In this document: piece after piece, positions 1 through 5,526 of the stretch
How positions within the stretch are numbered: position 1 is the first letter of the stretch
How the letters are laid out: each line of letters opens with the position of its first letter
Origin: a virus
Lineage: Duplodnaviria > Heunggongvirae > Uroviricota > Caudoviricetes
Length of the DNA stretch: 5,526 nt
Reading direction: 5' to 3' (one strand)
IMG/VR virus record: IMGVR_UViG_2541047966_000003
Made by a program: the position numbers and the translations under genes
Notes under the pieces: generated by a model
The model's input: the letters and a program-made list of their open reading frames with translations, nothing else
What the model was told of the DNA's origin: nothing
Databases searched by the model: none

Positions 1-1
1 T

Positions 2-169
2 GCCACAGGCCCGAATCCCTTCATGATTAACAAAGCTTCTGCGCCAAAAGTTGATGGTGAGATCAAGGTCTCTTTTGTGAATTCGCCTCCGGGTATGCGG
101 GTTATGGAAACGCGATCCAGCGGTTTTGATGTCAGCCATGATGTTGGCTATACGCGCTTTGGCAGGTAA
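2..169 (+). CDS. 3' end of upstream tail gene (5'-truncated by window edge); probably tape-measure protein C-terminus
   Basis: Frame 2 is open from the window edge for 56 codons (…SFVNSPPGMRVMETRSSGFDVSHDVGYTRFGR*) and ends in tandem in-frame stops TAA(167-169) TGA(170-172). Position directly upstream of an N-like gene matches the Mu order (tape measure, then N). No start codon is visible, so the ORF track omits it. Product identity is by synteny only. Confidence 0.5.
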   Translation, partial: ATGPNPFMINKASAPKVDGEIKVSFVNSPPGMRVMETRSSGFDVSHDVGYTRFGR

Positions 170-190
170 TGAAAAATTAATCTGTTAATG

Positions 191-216
191 AGTCCCACTC
201 CGGTGGGATTTTTTAT
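191..216 (+). terminator. Short GC hairpin followed by T-tract (possible weak intrinsic terminator/attenuator or processing structure)
   Basis: Seen in sequence: CCCAC(194-198), loop TCCG, GTGGG(203-207); stem extendable to about 8 bp (191-210); followed by TTTTTTAT (209-216). Lies between the upstream stop (169/172) and the SD-supported start at 230. Confidence 0.2.
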
Positions 217-229
217 GTACGGAGTTTAT

Positions 230-1558
230 ATGACGTGGAAAGACAGACTTCAGGACGCGTCATTTCGCGGTGTGCCGTTTAAGGTTGAAGAAGAAAGTGC
301 GGGAACCGGTCGTCGTGTGGAAACGCACGAATACCCGAACCGCGACAAACCCTATACCGAAGACCTGGGGAAAATCACTTTCCGCCCGTCCATCACAGCT
401 TATGTGGTGGGAGATGACTGCTTTGACCAGCGCGATCGCCTGATTGACGCGCTGAATAAACCCGGTCCTGGCACGCTTGTCCATCCGACTTACGGTGAGC
501 TGAAAGTCTGTGTTGACGGGGAAGTTCGGGTCAGCACATCGAAGAGTGAAGGGCGTATTGTCCGCTTTGACCTGAAGTTTGTCGAAGCGGGAGAACTCTC
601 TTACCCCACTTCAGGTGCGGCGACGGCGCAGACGCTGATGTCATCCTGTTCTGCACTGGATGACTGCATCAGTGATAGCTTCAGTGGTTTCAGTATCGAT
701 GGCGTGGCAGATTTTGTGCAGAACGACGTCGTCGGTAATGCCAGCACAATGCTTGGGTATGTTTCTGATGCGATGAAAGTGGTGGATTCTGCCGTATCGG
801 ATGCCGCCAGGCTGTTGCAGGGGGATATCTCGGTACTTCTGCCGCCGCCATCGTCAGGCAAAAATTTCGTTGAGCAGGTGCAGAAAATGTGGCGTACCGG
901 GAAACGCCTTTATGGTAACGCCAGCGACCTGGTCACCATGATCAAAACGCTTTCCGGTGTCAGCCTCGGCAGCGATCTGCAACCGCGCGGCGTCTGGAAA
1001 ACGGACAGTAAAACCACCGCCACGGCGACGCAGCAGCGTAACGTGGTTGCCAGCACCCTTCGTACGACCGCAATCAGCGAAGCGGCGTATGCCGTCACAC
1101 GATTGCCTGCGCCCACAACTTCCGCGGTGATGCAGAATTCCGCAGTGGGGCAGGCAACAACACCCGCGCAGAGCACCGGCTGGCCTTCTGTCACGCATCC
1201 GGCACTGAACAATGCACCGGCGGTGAAAAACACGGTTGACCTGCCAACGTGGGAAGAACTGACCGACATTCGCGACACACTGAATACGGCAATTGATAAG
1301 GAGTTGTCCCGTACAACCAGTGATGCGCTGTTTCTGGCGCTGCGCCGGGTGAAAGCAGATCTGAATGCGGATATCAACACGCGCCTTGAACAGTCTGCAC
1401 GGATCATTCAGCGCACGCCGGATGAGGTTTTACCCGCGCTGGTGCTGGCGGCGACCTGGTTTGATAACGCGGCGCGTGACGCGGACATTATCCGGCGTAA
1501 TGCCATTACGCATCCCGGCTTTGTGCCGGTGATCCCTCTGAAGGTGCCAGTGCAATGA
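230..1558 (+). CDS. DNA circulation protein N-like tail protein (Mu gp43/N family)
   Basis: Long ORF (track: 188..1558). ATG at 230 has GGAG at 221-224 with a 5-nt spacer; ATGs at 188 and 215 lack an SD. The resulting N-terminus MTWKDRLQDASFRGVPF matches my recollection of this family's N-terminus. Size (~442 aa) and position upstream of a P-like hub gene match Mu. Start is uncertain (188/215/230); stop is firm. Confidence 0.8.
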   Translation: MTWKDRLQDASFRGVPFKVEEESAGTGRRVETHEYPNRDKPYTEDLGKITFRPSITAYVVGDDCFDQRDRLIDALNKPGPGTLVHPTYGELKVCVDGEVRVSTSKSEGRIVRFDLKFVEAGELSYPTSGAATAQTLMSSCSALDDCISDSFSGFSIDGVADFVQNDVVGNASTMLGYVSDAMKVVDSAVSDAARLLQGDISVLLPPPSSGKNFVEQVQKMWRTGKRLYGNASDLVTMIKTLSGVSLGSDLQPRGVWKTDSKTTATATQQRNVVASTLRTTAISEAAYAVTRLPAPTTSAVMQNSAVGQATTPAQSTGWPSVTHPALNNAPAVKNTVDLPTWEELTDIRDTLNTAIDKELSRTTSDALFLALRRVKADLNADINTRLEQSARIIQRTPDEVLPALVLAATWFDNAARDADIIRRNAITHPGFVPVIPLKVPVQ

Positions 1559-2634
1559 ACGACAATGTCACGCTACGGGTAAATGGCCGGGAGTGGAATG
1601 GCTGGACATCGGTGCGCATCGGTGCCGGTATTGAACGGCTGACGCGGGATTTCAGTGTGGAGATCACTCGCCAGTGGCCGGGAGATGAGGGTATCACCAC
1701 GCTTCAGCCGCGCATTAAAAACGGTTCAAAAGTGGAGGTGCTGATTGGTGATGAGCTGGTGATCACCGGCTGGGTGGAGGCGACGCCCGTTCGTTACGAT
1801 GCCCGTTCGGTCAGCACCGGTATTGCCGGACGCAGTCTGACCGCTGACCTGATTGATTGTGCAGCTGAACCGACACAGTTTAACGGACGCTCGCTGGTGC
1901 AGATTGCGCAGGCGCTTGCTGCGCCTTTCGGCATTGAGGTGGTGAACAGCGGTGCGCCGTCGGGTGTTATTCCTGATGTCCAGCCTGATCACGGTGAAAC
2001 GGTGATTGAGGTAATCAACAAAATACTCGGTCAGCAGCAGGCGCTGGCTTACGACGACCCGCACGGCAGGCTGGTGATTGGCGGTATTGGCTCAACGCGG
2101 GCACATACCGCGCTGGTACTTGGGGAAAACATCCTTTCCTGTGATACGGAGAAGAGTATCCGGGAGCGGTTTTCTGTTTACCAGGTGGCGGGGCAGCGTG
2201 CCGGAAACGACGATGATTTCGGTGAGGCCACCACCACCGCGCTGCGGGCCCGCACAGAGGACGCATTTATTGCCCGTTACCGTCCGATGTATATCAGGCA
2301 GACAGGGCAGGCCACGGGGGCAGGCTGTATTGCGCGTGCTGACTTTGAAGCCCGACAACGGGCGGCGCGGACGGATGAAACCACCTATGTGGTGCAGGGC
2401 TGGCGACAGGGTAACGGTACGCTGTGGCAGCCCAACCAGCGGGTGATTGTCTTCGATCCGGTCTGTGGTTTCGACAATACCGAACTGCTTGTCTCGGAAG
2501 TCACGTTTACTCAGGACCAGAACGGCACCCTGACGGAAATCCGTGTCGGCCCACCTGATGCTTATCTGCCTGAACCCGAAGCCCCCGGCGCGCGGAAAAA
2601 GAAAAAAGCCAGAGTACAGGAGGACCCGTTCTGA
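1555..2634 (+). CDS. Baseplate hub protein (Mu gp44/P-like)
   Basis: 359-aa ORF whose ATG(1555-1557) overlaps the upstream TGA(1556-1558) as ATGA. N-terminus MNDNVTLRVNGREWNGWTSVRIGAGIERLTRDF resembles Mu P-like tail proteins. Size and position match Mu gene P (379 aa in Mu). Lys-rich C-terminus (ARKKKKARVQEDPF). Confidence 0.85.
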   Translation: MNDNVTLRVNGREWNGWTSVRIGAGIERLTRDFSVEITRQWPGDEGITTLQPRIKNGSKVEVLIGDELVITGWVEATPVRYDARSVSTGIAGRSLTADLIDCAAEPTQFNGRSLVQIAQALAAPFGIEVVNSGAPSGVIPDVQPDHGETVIEVINKILGQQQALAYDDPHGRLVIGGIGSTRAHTALVLGENILSCDTEKSIRERFSVYQVAGQRAGNDDDFGEATTTALRARTEDAFIARYRPMYIRQTGQATGAGCIARADFEARQRAARTDETTYVVQGWRQGNGTLWQPNQRVIVFDPVCGFDNTELLVSEVTFTQDQNGTLTEIRVGPPDAYLPEPEAPGARKKKKARVQEDPF

Positions 2635-3182
2635 TGAGGACGATTGAAGCCATGCAGCGACAACTTCTCGGCCTGATTGGGCGGGCCGTGGTGAAAAGCA
2701 TCAGTGCCGCCACGAAATGTCAGACCGTGGATGTGTCCCTGATTGCCGGTGAACCCAAAGCCGGGGTTGAACATCTTGAACCCTACGGTTTTACCGCAAG
2801 GGCAAACAGCGGTGCGGAAGCGGTGGTGTTGTTTCCGGATGGCGACCGTTCTCATGCGGTGGTTGTTACGGTGTCGGACCGGCGCTACCGCCTGAAAGGG
2901 CTGCAGACGGGGGAGGTGGCTGTCTATGACGATCAGGGGCAGTCCGTGACGCTGACCCGGGAGGGGATCGTGGTGGACGGTGCAGGTAAAACGATCACGT
3001 TTCGCAATGCGCCCAGAGCACGTTTTGAAATGGACCTGGAAGTGACCGGACAGGTGAAAGACCTGTGCGACTCCGGCGGCACCACCATGTCAGCGATGCG
3101 GCTTGCCTATAACGGGCATCGTCACAGAGAGAACGGTCAGGGCAGTAACACCGACAAACCTGATAAAGCGATGGAGGCATGA
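2634..3182 (+). CDS. Baseplate central spike / puncturing device (Mu gp45-like, P2 gpV-like)
   Basis: 182-aa ORF; ATG(2634-2636) shares one base with the upstream TGA(2632-2634); AGGAGG at 2618-2623. Size and position match Mu gp45 (197 aa in Mu). C-terminal HxH motif (…YNGHRHRENG…, His codons 3117-3119 and 3123-3125) as in spike apex metal sites. Confidence 0.85.
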   Translation: MRTIEAMQRQLLGLIGRAVVKSISAATKCQTVDVSLIAGEPKAGVEHLEPYGFTARANSGAEAVVLFPDGDRSHAVVVTVSDRRYRLKGLQTGEVAVYDDQGQSVTLTREGIVVDGAGKTITFRNAPRARFEMDLEVTGQVKDLCDSGGTTMSAMRLAYNGHRHRENGQGSNTDKPDKAMEA

Positions 3183-3607
3183 TGGAACTGTGGCTGACGG
3201 TGAACGGTAAACGCACCTGCGCCAGCGCACAGCTGGATCCGCTGACCCGCGCCGTGGTGATTTCCCTGTTTACCTGGCGGCGGGCGGAGCCTGATGACAA
3301 CGCCGACGTCCCGATGGGATGGTGGGGGGATACCTGGCCTGCGGTACAGAATGACCGTTACGGCTCCCGACTGTGGCTGCTTCAGCGCAGCAAACTGACC
3401 AATCAGCTGGTGCAGACGGTAAGGGGGTATATCCGCGAATGCCTGCAATGGATGACTGATGACGGCGTGGTGTCCCGTATTGATCTGGATATCCGCCGCA
3501 CCGGGATTAATGAACTGGGTAACAGTATCACTCTCTGGCGTCGTGACGGACCGGTAATGATTTCTTTTGATGATCTGTGGAGTGCGATAACGCATGGCGG
3601 ACAGTGA
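3182..3607 (+). CDS. Baseplate wedge protein, Mu gp46-like (T4 gp25 / P2 gpW-like family)
   Basis: ORF in track starts at 3179 (MMELW…). GGAGG at 3173-3177 sits 1 nt from ATG 3179 but 4 nt from ATG 3182, so 3182 is preferred (MELWLTVNGKR…). About 141 aa, same size as Mu gp46 (142 aa). Overlaps the upstream stop TGA(3180-3182). Confidence 0.82.
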   Translation: MELWLTVNGKRTCASAQLDPLTRAVVISLFTWRRAEPDDNADVPMGWWGDTWPAVQNDRYGSRLWLLQRSKLTNQLVQTVRGYIRECLQWMTDDGVVSRIDLDIRRTGINELGNSITLWRRDGPVMISFDDLWSAITHGGQ

Positions 3608-4652
3608 ATTTCAGCGCCCGACGCTGGCAGAAAATATCAGTATGCTCCGTAACGATTTATTCGCCAGGCTGGACGTCTGCGACACGCTCCGGCGCATGGA
3701 TGAAGACGTACGGGCAAAGGTGTATGCGGCGGCGCTGCATACGGTTTACGGTTACATCGATTATCTGGCAATGAACATGCTGCCTGACCTGTGCGATGAG
3801 TCCTGGCTGGCGCGACATGCTGCGATGAAACGGTGTCCGCGCAAGGGAGCCACGGCTGCCAGCGGGTATATGCGCTGGGAAGGTGTCAGCGATGGCCTGA
3901 AGGTGACCGCCGGGAGTGTTATTCAGCGCGATGACCTGGTGCAGTACACGACAACTGACGATGCAACCAGCTCCGGTGGTGTCCTGCGCGTGCCGATCGC
4001 CTGCTCAAGTGCAGGTGCGGTCGGTAACGCTGACGACGGTACGGCATTAATCCTGGTCACGCCGGTGAATGGTCTGCCGTCTTCCGGTGTGGCTGACACC
4101 CTTACAGGCGGATTTGATACTGAAGAGCTGGAAACGTGGCGCGCCCGCGTCATTGAGCGGTATTACTGGACGCCTCAGGGCGGGGCTGACGGGGACTATG
4201 TTGTCTGGGCTAAAGAAGTGCCCGGCATTACCCGCGCATGGGCATACCGTCACTGGATGGGAACGGGGACTGTCGGTGTGATGATTGCCAGCAGTGACCT
4301 GATTAATCCCATTCCGGAAGAATCAACGGAAACGGCGGCAAGACAACATATCGGGCCACTGGCCCCGGTGGCAGGCTCTGATTTGTATGTGTTCAGGCCG
4401 GTGGCGCATACGGTGGATTTTCATATCCGTGTGACGCCGGATACACCGGAAATACGGGCTGCCATCACCGCGGAGTTGCGTTCGTTCCTGCTGCGTGATG
4501 GTTATCCGCAGGGAGAACTGAAGGTGTCGCGTATCAGTGAAGCGATTTCCGGTGCGAACGGGGAATACAGCCATCAGTTGCTTGCACCGGCGGAAAATAT
4601 CTCCATTGCAAAAAATGAACTGGCGGTTCTGGGGACGATTTCATGGACGTGA
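3594..4652 (+). CDS. Baseplate J-like protein (Mu gp47-like; P2 gpJ / T4 gp6-like wedge)
   Basis: 352-aa ORF. ATG 3594 lies 14 nt inside the 3' end of the previous gene; GGAG at 3579-3582. Size matches Mu gp47 (361 aa in Mu) and position follows the gp46-like gene. Confidence 0.88.
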   Translation: MADSEFQRPTLAENISMLRNDLFARLDVCDTLRRMDEDVRAKVYAAALHTVYGYIDYLAMNMLPDLCDESWLARHAAMKRCPRKGATAASGYMRWEGVSDGLKVTAGSVIQRDDLVQYTTTDDATSSGGVLRVPIACSSAGAVGNADDGTALILVTPVNGLPSSGVADTLTGGFDTEELETWRARVIERYYWTPQGGADGDYVVWAKEVPGITRAWAYRHWMGTGTVGVMIASSDLINPIPEESTETAARQHIGPLAPVAGSDLYVFRPVAHTVDFHIRVTPDTPEIRAAITAELRSFLLRDGYPQGELKVSRISEAISGANGEYSHQLLAPAENISIAKNELAVLGTISWT

Positions 4653-5227
4653 CAAACGATGATTACATCCGTCTGTTGTCGGCACTGCTGCCGCCCGGTC
4701 CGGCGTGGTCAGCCAGCGATCCGGCGATTGCCGGTGCGGCACAGTCATTAACCCGCGTTCATCAGCGTGCGGATGCCCTGATGCGGGAGCTGGATCCGCG
4801 CACCACTACTGAACTGATAAACCGCTGGGAGCGTCTGTGCGGCCTGCCGGATGAATGTATTCCGGCGGGAACGCAGACCCTTCGCCAGCGTCAGCAACGG
4901 CTGGATGCGAAGGTTAACCTGGCGGGCGGCATCAACGAGAATTTTTATCTTGCACAGCTTGCTGCCCTGGGCAGACCAGACGCTACCATCACGCGATACG
5001 ACAAAAGCACGTTCACCTGCTCATCGGCCTGTACTGACGCGGTGAATGCGCCGGAATGGCGGTATTACTGGCAGGTCAACATGCCAGCTGCCACCAACAC
5101 CACCTGGATGACATGTGGCGATCCCTGTGCTTCCGCACTGCGTATCTGGGGCGACACCGTTGTCGAGTGCGTGCTTAACAAACTCTGCCCTTCGCATACC
5201 TACGTAATTTTTAAATATCCGGAGTAA
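4643..5227 (+). CDS. Phage tail/baseplate protein, YmfQ-like (Mu gp48-like)
   Basis: 194-aa ORF. ATG 4643 overlaps the upstream 3' end by 10 nt; GGGGA at 4631-4635. Same length as E. coli e14 YmfQ as I recall it (194 aa); position between the J-like gene and the tail fibre matches Mu gp48. Cys-rich C-terminal half. Confidence 0.82.
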   Translation: MDVTNDDYIRLLSALLPPGPAWSASDPAIAGAAQSLTRVHQRADALMRELDPRTTTELINRWERLCGLPDECIPAGTQTLRQRQQRLDAKVNLAGGINENFYLAQLAALGRPDATITRYDKSTFTCSSACTDAVNAPEWRYYWQVNMPAATNTTWMTCGDPCASALRIWGDTVVECVLNKLCPSHTYVIFKYPE

Positions 5228-5230
5228 TCC

Positions 5231-5526
5231 ATGCATCGTATAGACACGAAAACCGCGCAGAAGGATAAGTTCGGCGCGGGTAAGAACGGTTTTACCCGTG
5301 GTAACCCCCAGACCGGCACTCCTGCCACCGATCTGGATGATGACTACTTTGACATGTTGCAGGAAGAACTCTGCAGCGTGGTGGAGGCATCCGGTGCCAG
5401 CCTGGAGAAGGGGCGGCATGACCAGCTGCTTACCGCGCTTCGTGCGCTGCTGTTAAGCCGCAAGAATCCGTTTGGTGATATCAAATCGGACGGCACAGTA
5501 CCAACGGCTCTCGAAAACCTTGGTTT
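5231..5526 (+). CDS. Tail fibre protein, N-terminal constant region (3'-truncated by window edge)
   Basis: GGAG(5221-5224) with 6-nt spacer to ATG 5231, 3 nt after the upstream TAA(5225-5227). Open to the window end (98 codons): [47 protein letters not shown]…TALENLG. The …[12 protein letters not shown]… motif is the type I recall in the baseplate-attachment N-terminus of Mu S / e14 Stf-type fibres. Confidence 0.85.
   Translation, partial: MHRIDTKTAQKDKFGAGKNGFTRGNPQTGTPATDLDDDYFDMLQEELCSVVEASGASLEKGRHDQLLTALRALLLSRKNPFGDIKSDGTVPTALENLG
5508..5526. other. Partial serine-invertase crossover site (gix/hix/pix-like left half-site plus core), truncated by window end
   Basis: CTCTCGAAAACC-TT-GGTTT (5508-5526) compared with recalled 26-bp sites hixL (reverse complement TTATCAAAAACC-TT-GGTTTTCAAGAA) and Mu gixL (reverse complement TTATCCAAAACC-TC-GGTTTACAGGAA). 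The inner AAAACC-NN-GGTTT matches perfectly; the half-site matches 9/12. It lies inside the tail-fibre ORF, where such sites occur in Mu, P1 and e14. Confidence 0.4.

Noticed and set aside
188-229. Use of the first ATG (188) or ATG 215 as the start of the N-like gene
   Set aside because: Neither has an SD, and using them would place the hairpin and T-tract inside the coding region. ATG 230 has GGAG at optimal spacing. The 188 start cannot be excluded without homologue alignment.
910-1407. 165-aa minus-strand ORF (and overlapping minus ORFs 854..1198, 601..861, 260..484, 1506..1700) antisense to the N-like gene
   Set aside because: They lie entirely inside a strongly supported plus-strand gene, have low-complexity Arg/Ala/Ser/Cys-rich translations typical of antisense reading of GC-rich coding DNA, and have no convincing SD. 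Treated as shadow ORFs.
2596-2607. A-rich tract as a programmed frameshift site joining hub and spike genes
   Set aside because: The downstream gene has its own SD and ATG in canonical arrangement, and programmed frameshifts in tail clusters are known for the chaperone genes upstream of the tape measure, not here. Kept only as a low-interest observation.
1726-2855. Minus-strand ORFs 1726..2064, 2015..2266, 2092..2358, 2507..2713, 2562..2855 and plus-strand alternate-frame ORF 2078..2446
   Set aside because: All are embedded in the hub-gene reading frame region, with Arg/Pro/Gly/Cys-rich translations and no independent start signals. Frame-shifted or antisense artefacts.
2995-3774. Minus-strand ORFs 2995..3300 and 3137..3595; plus-strand alternate-frame ORF 3577..3774
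   Set aside because: They overlap the spike, gp46-like and J-like genes in the wrong frame or strand and have no SD. The genuine start at this junction is ATG 3594 in another frame.
3923-5045. Minus-strand ORFs 3923..4153, 4047..4253, 4323..4574 and plus-strand alternate-frame ORFs 4069..4281, 4851..5045
   Set aside because: Short ORFs internal to the J-like and YmfQ-like genes, with biased composition consistent with out-of-frame translation.
5021-5419. 132-aa minus-strand ORF spanning the gp48-like / tail-fibre junction
   Set aside because: Antisense to two plus-strand genes with clear SD-start architecture (GGAG 5221-5224, ATG 5231); no support of its own.
1-5526. Search for a defence system, toxin-antitoxin pair, moron gene, CRISPR array, tRNA or insertion sequence
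   Set aside because: The whole window is accounted for by seven colinear structural genes with overlapping junctions. There are no direct-repeat arrays, no tRNA-like structures I can see, no transposase-like ORFs, and no intergenic space above about 60 nt.

Overview
The window is one contiguous, plus-strand, almost fully coding block that reads as a Mu-type contractile-tail baseplate module from an enterobacterial prophage (or tailocin-like element). Order: 3' end of an upstream tail gene (probably tape measure), then a DNA-circulation protein N-like gene, baseplate hub (Mu gp44/P-like), central spike (Mu gp45-like), gp46-like wedge protein, baseplate J-like protein (Mu gp47-like), YmfQ/gp48-like protein, and the 5' end of a tail-fibre gene. 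Family assignments rest on gene order, sizes and recalled N-terminal motifs, not on a database search. Genes are joined by overlapping or near-abutting stop/start codons, with no intergenic space for cargo genes. I see no tRNA, rRNA, CRISPR array, transposase, or defence/toxin gene, and no evidence of a novel system. The most interesting signal is at the extreme 3' end: the tail-fibre ORF runs into what looks like the left half and core of a Gin/Hin/Pin-type invertase crossover site, suggesting a switchable tail-fibre segment just downstream. All minus-strand and alternate-frame ORFs in the track look like shadow ORFs in GC-rich coding DNA.
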